64,000 nt of DNA from a virus: IMG/VR virus record IMGVR_UViG_3300027797_000012, positions 1 to 64,000 of that record. One strand, given 5' to 3'. The position numbers and the translations under genes were made by a program. This document shows, piece by piece, positions 19,313 through 28,380 of the stretch. Numbering within the stretch: position 1 is the first letter of the stretch; each line of letters starts with the position of its first letter. The notes under the pieces are model-generated. The model was given only the letters and a program-made list of their open reading frames with translations. It was not told the DNA's origin and searched no databases.

Positions 19313-19537
19313 TTACTTGTCTAAGTAAACTATCTCCACAAATTCATTTGCCCAGGCGGTAAGCCCAGCTTCCATCTTGTTTTTATGATGACCGCAGAAG
19401 AATAGCTCAGCTCCGGAGTTCCCTTTTACTTTCCAGATTGCCTGAGCTGTCTGGCAGGAATCACAAGGAACCCAACCGTAAGAATCTTTAGGCGTTTCTT
19501 CAAGTACTTTTACTTCTTCAGTAATGGTAGACTCCAC
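19313..19537 (-). CDS. Small zinc-finger protein
   Basis: CDSC...LFFCGHH. Confidence 0.6.
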   Translation of the reverse strand: MESTITEEVKVLEETPKDSYGWVPCDSCQTAQAIWKVKGNSGAELFFCGHHKNKMEAGLTAWANEFVEIVYLDK

Positions 19538-19571
19538 GTTCTCTCCTTTAGTTGAGTTAATCATACTTGGT

Positions 19572-19811
19572 TTAGAAATTGTTGTTTGGGTCGTACCAGC
19601 CTTCGCGTGAGTTTTCCTCACCGCACTGGTTACAGATCCACTCAGCAGTCCAAGTTACATCGCCGTGCGAGTACTCTTCAATGGTCGGTACCTCATAAGA
19701 TGCGGTACACTCGTCATTACCGCAATCAAGCTCTTGAACGCCATCGCTCTCATCAGCACCAGCAATCTGCCATTCAGAACCGGAGACTCCCGGTGGGTAG
19801 TTGCTACTCAT
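19572..19811 (-). CDS. Acidic zinc-ribbon protein
   Basis: NYPPGV; CGNDEC...CNQCG. Confidence 0.6.
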   Translation of the reverse strand: MSSNYPPGVSGSEWQIAGADESDGVQELDCGNDECTASYEVPTIEEYSHGDVTWTAEWICNQCGEENSREGWYDPNNNF

Positions 19812-20002
19812 TAGTTGTTCCGATGGTTTAGAAAGTCTTCAATGGTGTTTTGAATCGCATCATTGATGTCGTCCGCAAGTTGGTCGATTTCTTCTTTCGT
19901 GTATTCCACGAAACCTTCTTCATCTCCATTACCCCACATCAGTCTCAACTGATCTGTGGTTAGAGATGAGTCAAAGATTACTATGTCTTCTTTCTCGTCC
20001 AT
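19811..20002 (-). CDS. Acidic hypothetical protein
   Basis: Promoter plus SD. Confidence 0.6.
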   Translation of the reverse strand: MDEKEDIVIFDSSLTTDQLRLMWGNGDEEGFVEYTKEEIDQLADDINDAIQNTIEDFLNHRNN

Positions 20003-20063
20003 AGGGTTCCTTTCGTCGTTGTGTATAAGTTAATTATAACATGTTTTAGATCTAAAGTACACT

Positions 20064-20153
20064 TTAGTCTTTATGCCAGCAGTCACAACCGCATCTCTTG
20101 GCGCAGTACTCGTGTTCGCCGCTTAGACAATTATCGCACTTAGGTTTAGACAT
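20064..20153 (-). CDS. 29-aa Cys-rich peptide
   Basis: MSKPKCDNCLSGEHEYCAKRCGCDCWHKD after ACGGAAGGA SD. Confidence 0.5.
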   Translation of the reverse strand: MSKPKCDNCLSGEHEYCAKRCGCDCWHKD

Positions 20154-20208
20154 CTTGTGTTCCTTCCGTGGAAGGTAGCTCACCGGAGTGGTGAGCTACC
20201 CGCAACTA

Positions 20209-20655
20209 TTACTTAACTGGGTACTTGTCCGCATCTTTCTGAGTGACCGGAGTCATCTGACCAAAATCTGGGTTTGTTAGGTGTGAGTTAATGTAAACTA
20301 TAATGTCTTCATAATCTACATCAAAGGAGAAGAGAGTGTGAGTATAGTACTCACTGTGAATTCTTAGCTCATAACATTTAGAACCGGTGTCTTCAACTAG
20401 AGTAGGTTCTGACTGGTCTTCATCTACTATGTAGTAGATACCTTCTGGAGTCTTTACTAAGAAGGTGCCCGCATCTTGTCCACCTAAACCTATAGATAGA
20501 AGAATGGTTCCTTCTGGGAGAGTATTGATGTATGGGGTTTCTAATTCATCATACCAAGAAACTTTATTGTTTTCATCATTTAGGTATGAATTGAAATCAA
20601 CTGCTGGAGTATTTTTGAAGTGGTTGTTGAAGTGAGTAAGTGTTGAAGTCTTCAT
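20209..20655 (-). CDS. Hypothetical protein
   Basis: Promoter plus GATTGGA SD; AT-rich. Confidence 0.6.
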   Translation of the reverse strand: MKTSTLTHFNNHFKNTPAVDFNSYLNDENNKVSWYDELETPYINTLPEGTILLSIGLGGQDAGTFLVKTPEGIYYIVDEDQSEPTLVEDTGSKCYELRIHSEYYTHTLFSFDVDYEDIIVYINSHLTNPDFGQMTPVTQKDADKYPVK

Positions 20656-20773
20656 TTAGGTTCCAATCTATTTTTTAACCCTTGTGGTTAATAAGATAAT
20701 TGTATCATACTTCTATTATAAAGTACAATTGAAGGTACCCTACCGGTGAGTAGGGTACCCGCAATAATTAGAA

Positions 20774-20917
20774 TTAGCTCCAGAAGTTTTCTGAGGCGTA
20801 GCTCTCAGCCTGGACTGCCGGCTTGCTCTCCTTGCGGGCTAGCCAGACCCACATAATGATAAGAGGTGTGTTTAGAAGTAGTGCGCCTGCGATAATCTGA
20901 ACTAGTGCTGTTGTCAT
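20774..20917 (-). CDS. Small membrane protein
   Basis: 47 aa; same promoter/leader cassette as the gene starting at 20655. Confidence 0.55.
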   Translation of the reverse strand: MTTALVQIIAGALLLNTPLIIMWVWLARKESKPAVQAESYASENFWS

Positions 20918-21001
20918 TTTGTTTTCCAATCTTTCTTTTTTATTAACCCTTGTGGTTAATAAGTTAATTATAACATGGTTCTATTACAAAGTACAATACC
21001 A

Positions 21002-21296
21002 AATGAAAGAAGCTGGCCGCGTGGATTGGAATACGCGCAGCCAGCTTCAATTCACTGGACAAGACAGTTTGCTCACAAAGGGCCTGATTCGCGCTTCACT
21101 TTTTGCGCAGTACCGCATGTCGATTCTGCTATGCGGTTTTAATCCTAACTTCCCTAAGACAATATTGCTCTGTCTCTTTCCTAAGTCAAGCTACCCATAC
21201 CCGCGGTGCCGTGTCAGCTTATCGGGAGTAGTGTCTCCATGAGATACCCTTATGCTCCAAGACTTAGTAAGTCCAAACCTACGTATTAAGTTGTTA
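21002..21296 (-). ncRNA. Candidate about 290-nt structured ncRNA
   Basis: Promoter at 21302, no credible ORF, multiple helices, terminator at 21002-21048. Confidence 0.6.
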
Positions 21297-21313
21297 GTCC
21301 TATTATAACAGGT

Positions 21314-21493
21314 TTATTCCCATTCGGTAATAAATACTGCCTCGAAATCTTCTATTGGTCGTTTTAGACCAATCCGCGCCATCTCCAGGTATCGGGTAAC
21401 GTCCGCACGTTTACGGGCACGAAACTTAGAGATGCGTTCACCCGTATGAACATCACGAATTTCCCAGATGCCAGCCGATGCATTTTTGCTCAC
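21314..21493 (-). CDS. Hypothetical protein
   Basis: GTGA coupling. Confidence 0.5.
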   Translation of the reverse strand: MSKNASAGIWEIRDVHTGERISKFRARKRADVTRYLEMARIGLKRPIEDFEAVFITEWE

Positions 21494-21861
21494 CGGAAGA
21501 ACCCAGCTTCTTCTTCGTACGAATTGCGAAGCTTTCTTGCAAGTTCCTCGAGCTGTACTAGCCAAGGGTGCGGTAGAGCTAGGTTGTCACCTTCATCGTC
21601 CGTGCCGCCGGTGAATACGACGTCGCCCATAATGATGTCGGACATGATGAAAGACTTTTCCCAAAGGTGAGTAGCAATAACGTTTGGTTGCATTCCATTG
21701 ATAAGCTTACCCTCTTCGTTACACCAAAGTGTGAGGTCGTCATACAGGTCTGCTGCTTCAACCAAGCCGCCGACAGCTTCCTGGAGTTGTGTGAGACTGT
21801 CTACCTCAAGATCTAAGATCTCTGTTGTGAAGTCCGTGTTAATTCGTAGTGCTGTTTTCAT
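21490..21861 (-). CDS. DUF3846-family protein
   Basis: LQEAVGGLVE, WCNEEGKL, N.IAT, IMGDVVFTG. Confidence 0.8.
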   Translation of the reverse strand: MKTALRINTDFTTEILDLEVDSLTQLQEAVGGLVEAADLYDDLTLWCNEEGKLINGMQPNVIATHLWEKSFIMSDIIMGDVVFTGGTDDEGDNLALPHPWLVQLEELARKLRNSYEEEAGFFR

Positions 21862-22043
21862 GATGTAGCTATCTCCGCTTCTGGAAACCACTTAAGGAAT
21901 ACTTGAATGAGATGATTGTAGTCTCCTGAAGTCATCTCTTCGGTAAATGTTGCAAGCTCGTCTTCACGACCCGCACTTATTAAAGCACGCCTACCGGCGC
22001 CAATGAATGAGAAAGCATTCCCATCGTTAACTGAAACTGTCAT
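21858..22043 (-). CDS. Hypothetical phage protein
   Basis: DGNAFSFIG...SGDYNHLI. Confidence 0.65.
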   Translation of the reverse strand: MTVSVNDGNAFSFIGAGRRALISAGREDELATFTEEMTSGDYNHLIQVFLKWFPEAEIATS

Positions 22044-22273
22044 GAACTCATCTCCTCTACGAATAAGTGGCCTGGTCCATTACCCTCAGGATCTTGTGAC
22101 GGTACGAATCCATGCCCATTGTCGAGAATGTAAACTACAGGTATCGAACCTGAACTGTCTTGTTCCCAACCGAACAAGTCTAGCTCTTCATTATTTAGCT
22201 CACGGACCTTAACGATTGTTCGCCCAATGAGGGAACCCCAGGTCTTTTGAATGTATGCATCGTACTTACTCAT
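22040..22273 (-). CDS. Hypothetical phage protein
   Basis: LIGRTIVKVR, SQDPEGNGPG. Confidence 0.65.
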   Translation of the reverse strand: MSKYDAYIQKTWGSLIGRTIVKVRELNNEELDLFGWEQDSSGSIPVVYILDNGHGFVPSQDPEGNGPGHLFVEEMSS

Positions 22274-22408
22274 TTAGATAACCTCTCTTCCGCATTCACG
22301 GTACAAGTCTTCACCGCATCCTCCGCAGTAGGCAAGCAGACATTTAGCTCCATCTGCGTGAATGCAAGGAATGAAACTTACTTCTGTACTATTACAGTAT
22401 GTGCTCAT
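22274..22408 (-). CDS. Small Cys-rich protein
   Basis: 44 aa after GAAAGGATTGGA SD. Confidence 0.5.
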   Translation of the reverse strand: MSTYCNSTEVSFIPCIHADGAKCLLAYCGGCGEDLYRECGREVI

Positions 22409-22601
22409 TGCTTTCCAATCCTTTCGTCGTTTAAGTATTCAAGGGCCGCGGTGATGCTTCGGCCTATCTTGCCAGAGGTGCCTGCAGATTATGCACGGCA
22501 CGTGGACTCGGGCGTCGCGTGTTCCGCCTAGTTTAACTGGTGACCAGCACCCTTGAATAGTTTAATTATATCAGGTTATGAGGAAGAAGTACAGGGCTGC
22601 C

Positions 22602-22898
22602 TCAGCAGAGGCAGACCCCGGACTTTGATGGTGTTGTGAAACAGTTACCGCAAGTGTTAAGGATTACCTTTGGTTTGTTAGATTGCTTGTGGTGGTTTAC
22701 CGCACCGATGTTAACAAGTTTTGTTGCCACAGAATAGTAACTGCGACCTAGCTCTTTCGCAATGTCTTTAATAGACATCTTGCCAGCTCGAAGAGATTGC
22801 ATTCTGCTAATCTCTGTATGCGTCCATTCCTCATTGAGGTTGACCGCGGTAGCTAGCGAGAAGCTTTGAGCTCCCCGCATCCAATCTTGTGAGTCCAT
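22602..22898 (-). CDS. HTH plus zinc-finger protein
   Basis: WTHTEI...SIKDIAKELGRSYYSV; CGNCF...GVCLC. Confidence 0.65.
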   Translation of the reverse strand: MDSQDWMRGAQSFSLATAVNLNEEWTHTEISRMQSLRAGKMSIKDIAKELGRSYYSVATKLVNIGAVNHHKQSNKPKVILNTCGNCFTTPSKSGVCLC

Positions 22899-22970
22899 GT
22901 ACTTTCCTTCCGTCGTTGTGATAGTACAATTGTAACATGGTTCTATTATAAAGTACAATACCCTCCGGAA

Positions 22971-23204
22971 TTATTTTTTGTTCTCGTACTCCCAGTAGCT
23001 TTTAGCCAGCTCATAGAACATTTTCGCAAGACCAGGGGTAATCTCGTATCCAATCTGCTCACACGAAGAACGGCAGTAGCCATTGTCAATGTCTTCCATT
23101 AGCTCCGGGTCCTTTAACAGCTTTTCTGAAGAGAAGATGAATCCGGTGTCTGCTAAATCAAAAAATGTATCCATGCCTTCATGGGCAACATAAATGCTAT
23201 CCAT
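22971..23204 (-). CDS. Hypothetical protein
   Basis: TAATG coupling. Confidence 0.55.
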   Translation of the reverse strand: MDSIYVAHEGMDTFFDLADTGFIFSSEKLLKDPELMEDIDNGYCRSSCEQIGYEITPGLAKMFYELAKSYWEYENKK

Positions 23205-23356
23205 TATCCAACCTGGAAATCATCGCAATAGCGACATTGGTATGAGTCACCTAGAATTGAGCGTGGGTCATAATTGTGAATGTAGTCGTGTTGCTCTTGA
23301 GTTGCACAGAATTGAAAGTCGCCTCTGCGAATGTAAGTGCGTTGTTTCGTTATCAC
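23204..23356 (-). CDS. Hypothetical protein
   Basis: GTG after ACGACGAAAGGA SD. Confidence 0.5.
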   Translation of the reverse strand: MITKQRTYIRRGDFQFCATQEQHDYIHNYDPRSILGDSYQCRYCDDFQVG

Positions 23357-23457
23357 GGTTGTCCTTTCGTCGTTGGTAGAGCTCACCGGAGGATTTTCCG
23401 TATCCTGTCCCGGAATTGGAAGACCCGTTCCGGTGAGCTTAGTACTATTATATCAGG

Positions 23458-24360
23458 TTACCAGTACTTTCGTTCGAATACCGTTACCGTACGGTAGGCG
23501 TTTTGTAGGGACGCCTTAACGTTATCCATTACCGTTCCTATGGCCAAGCCACCCGATAGCTCTCTAGCCAGTCTGGTAGCTACTGAGACCGTTGCACCTG
23601 AGGTACCCAGGCTGACCGCCTTTGTCCCCGTTACGTCGGTTACCGTCCATCGTCCCATGGCATACAGGTCTAGGTCCGGGCTGGAGTTCGATATCAGCAT
23701 GATGGGGTAGACCCAGCCTTGAATATTCTTGACCGTGTATCGGGTATCCGTTGCCCCTACCGCTATCGCCTGTGGTATACAGGCTGGGTAGTAAACTTTC
23801 TTTTGATCCGAGCCGTTACCCGTTGAAACAACAACCGGCACGTTAACCGAGGCTAGCCCAATGATTTGATCTTGTAATTTAGTTTCGATAGGGCATGCCG
23901 CTTCTCTGTACGCCCGTCCGAATGAGACTGATACCGCGCCAACATTTAGCCGTGCCGCATTGGCAGATACCCAATCGAGAGCGAGTGATAGAGCTTTAGT
24001 TGTGTATGTGGTTGCACGTCCTTTAGACATGCCGACAACACGAACAAACACAATCTTGACGTCTGGGTTTACCGTTACTGCAACCGACGCCATCTGCGTG
24101 CCGTGACTCATAGCTTTGTCTGTTACAAGCTTTGGGTCTAGCGTTGCCGCACCTGGGCCAACCATACTTGACTTGCCGTTTGGACACAAGCCGTACTCGA
24201 TGAAGCATGCTTCTTCGATGACCGCACTCTTTGCCCAGTCGAGATTTGTGTTGATACCGGAGTCGATGATGACAAGAGTTTTATCGCTTGCCGCATTCGC
24301 CGGAGTTGAGAGTAGAGCTAAGCCTAAGGCTGCACATATAAGTAGCACTTTAGTTTTCAT
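23458..24360 (-). CDS. Secreted subtilisin-like (S8) serine protease
   Basis: Signal peptide; triad motifs IIDSGI, HGTQMA, GTSGAT; TGN. Confidence 0.88.
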   Translation of the reverse strand: MKTKVLLICAALGLALLSTPANAASDKTLVIIDSGINTNLDWAKSAVIEEACFIEYGLCPNGKSSMVGPGAATLDPKLVTDKAMSHGTQMASVAVTVNPDVKIVFVRVVGMSKGRATTYTTKALSLALDWVSANAARLNVGAVSVSFGRAYREAACPIETKLQDQIIGLASVNVPVVVSTGNGSDQKKVYYPACIPQAIAVGATDTRYTVKNIQGWVYPIMLISNSSPDLDLYAMGRWTVTDVTGTKAVSLGTSGATVSVATRLARELSGGLAIGTVMDNVKASLQNAYRTVTVFERKYW

Positions 24361-24496
24361 CGGTTCCTTCTTTCATTATGTCGTTGTGTTTGGTTTTACG
24401 TGTATACTTCTTTTTATTAGTAAGTGGACGAGCTGCGTTGGATCTCCGGAGTTCAAGTAATCTCCGGAGTTCTTCTTTTGATTTTGGTAGTTTCAT
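24350..24496 (-). CDS. Small basic protein, loosely ArfA-like
   Basis: RRSNAA...NKKKYTRKTKH. Confidence 0.5.
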   Translation of the reverse strand: MKLPKSKEELRRLLELRRSNAARPLTNKKKYTRKTKHNDIMKEGTDEN

Positions 24497-24561
24497 AATA
24501 GTTGTGGGACCGGTGTGGCCGGGGACGATCTGACGGAAGGATCCGACCACACCGGAGCTTG

Positions 24562-26358
24562 TTAGGCAGCCCGCTGCCCAATCTTTGTAAGTGCCTTCGC
24601 TGCTGCAGAACCAATCTGCACCGCAGCTTCTGCTGGGTCTCGTACATCTGAAAGAATCACAGTATCCGGACCTGCAATTCCACGAGCGTATCTGCCCTCT
24701 TCGAAAGGAATCCATAGAACTGCAACTCCAGCTTTTTCGCAAGCGCGAACCCACGCTTTAGCTTTTGTTCGCTCATCATCTGTATAGCAACCATCGCTAA
24801 CAATTACGAGTAGACGAGCGCCAGTTCCATTGAGAAGATTTAGAGAACCATCAAGTGCCTTGAACGCCTTATCGAACTTTTCAGTTCCATCAGGTGCAGT
24901 GTACACAGTAACTTGGTCAAGGTGCTGTCCTGGCTTAAGCGTAGGGAACACATCCTGTCCGTAGTAAACCATTGCGCATCTACCTTGAACACGTCGAACA
25001 GCTTCTGACATCGCCCAGGCAGTTGCTGCCATAGGCTCCATGGCTGATGCCATTGAACCGGAGATGTCAACCATAACTCCAACGTTAAGCGTTGGGTCAT
25101 CTGTATGACGACGCACAGTTCTACGCCAAGGTTCTGCATGCATCATAGGATTCACAACTTTGTAAGCTGCTTCCTGAACCATTGCGCGAGTACGCAAGCG
25201 ACCGGGAGGAAGAATAGATTTGATCTCCTTCTCATCGCGCTCACGGTACTTAGCTTTTTCTAAGAGCTGAGCAATCTTAACTGCTGCCGCACGCTCAGGA
25301 CCGGTAGGATTACGAGTCTCTTTGATACGAGAGTGAGTCTTGAATGACGACATCTCTCCGGTAGCTTTTGCGAATACTTCACTAGCAGTTTTCTCGTGGT
25401 CGCGTTGCTGCTTAGCAGCTATGCTGCGCATGTCAACAACGTCTTTCCACTCTTCAGCTTGCTCTTGATCTTGAGCTTCATCGTTTACAGAGATAGCAAT
25501 CTCTTCAGATGCTTCTTCCAAAGCGTCCATGACTTCACCAAGTGGTCCATCCATGAGAATAAGAATTCCCTTTTCACCAAGGGGAGCTTCGTCGTCGCCT
25601 TTGTCTTCAGCAAGCTTAGAGATGATGTCGTCCCATTCTTTTGCAAGAACGATTAGATTTGTTGGATCGCTATGTAGCTCGTGCTTTTGAAAGCGCAACC
25701 ACACGTCGCGAAGCTGCGCGAGCACCTCTGTACCGAAGAAGTTAAGTAGAAGTTCTTTTACTTCTAGCACATCGTCTGCGTCTAGCGAACCTGCATCAAC
25801 ACGAGCAAGTACTAGTCCAGCCATTCGTCCCATAGAACGAGTAGTTGTAGTTTCAGCGAGTGATGATTTAATGTCTTCAAGAATGATATCCATTGCGCAA
25901 GCGCGAAGGAACACTCTGTTGTTTGGATAGTTTTCTACACCGAGAGCTTCGATACGAGTCTCTTCAAGAAGTGTAAGTGCGTCGAACACATTGCGACTTA
26001 CTTCTTTGTCTTCGCTAATCTTTAGAAGATCGTAGCGTGAGTACCGAGCGTGCAGTGCTTCATGGAAGATAGCTCCTGCGCCTCGTGGATAGTTAAATTG
26101 AATTGTTCTATTGCGAATATCGCCAATAGTTTCAGGAGATACTCCTGTGCCGAAAGCTACATCCACGTTGACCTCAACTTCAGCCATTGGTGGATTAAAG
26201 CATGCAGGCGCTGGTCCTCCAGCTCCGGGGCCAACGTATGCGACAATGTCGCTGCGTCCTGCCCAAGTATTCACGAGCTCACCCAGCTGGGCGCCTACGC
26301 GTAGCCACTCTGGCTGCGTACGTTCCGCTCGGGTCATTGATAACTTAATGTGTCCCAT
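24562..26358 (-). CDS. CobT-like vWA protein with N-terminal HExxH motif
   Basis: FHEALH, LEETRIE, GRL, MIDAS VDISGSM, VSDG. Confidence 0.85.
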   Translation of the reverse strand: MGHIKLSMTRAERTQPEWLRVGAQLGELVNTWAGRSDIVAYVGPGAGGPAPACFNPPMAEVEVNVDVAFGTGVSPETIGDIRNRTIQFNYPRGAGAIFHEALHARYSRYDLLKISEDKEVSRNVFDALTLLEETRIEALGVENYPNNRVFLRACAMDIILEDIKSSLAETTTTRSMGRMAGLVLARVDAGSLDADDVLEVKELLLNFFGTEVLAQLRDVWLRFQKHELHSDPTNLIVLAKEWDDIISKLAEDKGDDEAPLGEKGILILMDGPLGEVMDALEEASEEIAISVNDEAQDQEQAEEWKDVVDMRSIAAKQQRDHEKTASEVFAKATGEMSSFKTHSRIKETRNPTGPERAAAVKIAQLLEKAKYRERDEKEIKSILPPGRLRTRAMVQEAAYKVVNPMMHAEPWRRTVRRHTDDPTLNVGVMVDISGSMASAMEPMAATAWAMSEAVRRVQGRCAMVYYGQDVFPTLKPGQHLDQVTVYTAPDGTEKFDKAFKALDGSLNLLNGTGARLLVIVSDGCYTDDERTKAKAWVRACEKAGVAVLWIPFEEGRYARGIAGPDTVILSDVRDPAEAAVQIGSAAAKALTKIGQRAA

Positions 26359-26404
26359 TGTAATCCTTCCGTCATTGATAGGTTAATTATATCAGGTTTA
26401 TTGG

Positions 26405-26674
26405 TTAATCCCAACCACGGCATCCGCAGTAGAAAGTGTCCTGTGCGTCTCCACGGGGAACGAAGTCATGGACTCCGTAGTTATGCCCAGGGCGACCGGT
26501 GGTTGGATTGATTTCCATGTGTGTGACTATGCTGTACCCACAAGAGAGACAACTGCTTGTAGCTCTGTCGCTACCTTCGCCATTGAATTGAAAGAATGGC
26601 AAGCTTGTGGCTGATGCACTTTCGCTTGTGCAGGATACGCACTTAGCGGTTCTTCCTTCGAGAGTAATTTCCAT
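26405..26674 (-). CDS. Cys-rich hypothetical protein
   Basis: AKCVSC...FYCGCRGWD; promoter plus SD. Confidence 0.6.
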   Translation of the reverse strand: MEITLEGRTAKCVSCTSESASATSLPFFQFNGEGSDRATSSCLSCGYSIVTHMEINPTTGRPGHNYGVHDFVPRGDAQDTFYCGCRGWD

Positions 26675-26716
26675 TTTAGTTCCTTCCGTCTGTTAGGTAC
26701 TATTATATCAGGTAAG

Positions 26717-26791
26717 TGGGGAGAGTGGGGCTCGAACCCACGCGACGACCGGAGTATAAGTCCGGAGCTCTACCAACTGAGCTACCTCCCC
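26717..26791 (-). tRNA. tRNA-Ile (anticodon UAU)
   Basis: Full cloverleaf: GGGGAGG/TCTCCCC acceptor, CCGGA-CTTATAC-TCCGG, GTGGG-TTCGAGC-CCCAC, discriminator A; CCA not encoded. Confidence 0.85.
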
Positions 26792-26840
26792 GTGCGTGAA
26801 CCCTGGGCACCCATACCCAGGGTTCACCGCGCGAAGGGGA

Positions 26841-27836
26841 TTATATCTTCGCTGGTCGACACTCCTCGCCATACACTCTGGTGAGAACATCCGCAACGAC
26901 GGGGCGGTCCAACTCCGGAGCGGAGGCGATTAGGTTCGCTACTGCGAACTTCGTGCCGAACGATTTAGAGATGTCACGGAACGCAAGTAGCTCACGCATC
27001 TGTGGACACCAACCGCATTCGCCAGAAGCCTGGCGACGATTTATATTTTGCGCAACTGTAACTACCTGCGCTGAGGCTCCAAGCTTCTTAGCGAGTGACC
27101 AGTCGGTAGTCATCTCAACTTGAATCACGAAGCGAGATAGAAGAGCTTCAGATAGTCGAACTCCAGGCGCATTTGGATTTGTAGCTCCGATGACGTAGAA
27201 CCCGTCTTTAGCTTTAACAGTTCCACGCTCTGGATTAGCAGTGACTGTAATCTCACGGCGACCGTCCATAAGTCCATAAGCTCCTGAAAGAACCTTAGGA
27301 TCAATAAGACCAATCTCATCGATTAGCAGTGGCACGCCTTCTTCGGCAGCTTTTAGTAGTGGGCCATCTTCCCACAGGAATCCACCTGCAGGAGTTTGAA
27401 TGAATCCACCAATTAAGTCTGAAAGCTCAGTGTCGCCTGAACCCATAATTGTGTACATCTTTTCGAACGCAGCTTCAACGAGTGCAGTTTTACCGCAACC
27501 TGGAGCTCCGTACAGAAGAATAAACTGTTGGTCCATACGCGCCTTGCGAAGAACCATGACGTCGTCATGCTCTCCCCATTTACGAGAGTGGTACATCTCG
27601 CCATTAGGACGAGCGTAGGAATCTTCTCCTACAAGGGCATCTGCAGATAACACTGGCGCTACTTTCTTGGTTGGGGTTGCTCGATGAGTAACCTTACCCT
27701 GAGCGAGAAGCATTGAGTCAAGTGCACTCGAGATCTCTGCATTGGTAGATTGAGCGAGAATATGCGTGATAGATTCGGTAGTTCCGACAGCAACTGAGTC
27801 AATTGCTGTTCTTACATCTTCTAATACTGTTGACAT
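26841..27836 (-). CDS. MoxR/CbbQ-type AAA+ ATPase
   Basis: GAPGCGKT, WEDGPL, LLIDEI, ATNP, SEALLSRF, REL. Confidence 0.9.
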   Translation of the reverse strand: MSTVLEDVRTAIDSVAVGTTESITHILAQSTNAEISSALDSMLLAQGKVTHRATPTKKVAPVLSADALVGEDSYARPNGEMYHSRKWGEHDDVMVLRKARMDQQFILLYGAPGCGKTALVEAAFEKMYTIMGSGDTELSDLIGGFIQTPAGGFLWEDGPLLKAAEEGVPLLIDEIGLIDPKVLSGAYGLMDGRREITVTANPERGTVKAKDGFYVIGATNPNAPGVRLSEALLSRFVIQVEMTTDWSLAKKLGASAQVVTVAQNINRRQASGECGWCPQMRELLAFRDISKSFGTKFAVANLIASAPELDRPVVADVLTRVYGEECRPAKI

Positions 27837-27867
27837 TTACTTTCCTTTCGTCGTTTGGGTGTGGGTA

Positions 27868-28329
27868 TTAGCTAGAGAATAGCGCTTCGCCGAAGCCGAG
27901 AGTCTTTCGGACTCGAGTGATTCGACCAAGAACTTTGTAGGGAGTCTTGCATAAGCGAATTGTTTCAATATCTTCTGCAGATACTTCAACGAATATCGGA
28001 GTCTTATACATCGTGTAGCCATAGGCTTGAAGTCGATTGAACGTACTTCCTAGCGCATCATTGATGCGTGTGCCTGATACAGACTTAGCAGTGTCCATAT
28101 CCTGTGGGTCGTACGTTCCGAATGCGTTAAGCGGAAGAGCTGGGAACGACTGTGTTCTCCAAGCTTTGCGAGGCTTAGCCTCTGATATCTGTCGGCGGTA
28201 AACCATTGCTGGTACTGCTCGACCGGAAGATGAAACTCCATCTGGAGTTATGATCATTTGGTATGTAGACCCGGAGTTCCGGAGCTCTAGATATAGAGCC
28301 TTTCCTACAACCTTGTCTTTGTCAGCCAT
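27868..28329 (-). CDS. Hypothetical protein
   Basis: Promoter plus SD. Confidence 0.65.
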   Translation of the reverse strand: MADKDKVVGKALYLELRNSGSTYQMIITPDGVSSSGRAVPAMVYRRQISEAKPRKAWRTQSFPALPLNAFGTYDPQDMDTAKSVSGTRINDALGSTFNRLQAYGYTMYKTPIFVEVSAEDIETIRLCKTPYKVLGRITRVRKTLGFGEALFSS

Positions 28330-28380
28330 TGTTATCCTTTCGTCGTTTGGGTGAATATAGTACTATTATATCAGGTATAT

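Noticed and set aside
21002-21296. tmRNA or RNase P RNA
   Set aside because: No tRNA-like ends or tag frame; AGGAAAG is not followed by the RNase P P4 consensus.
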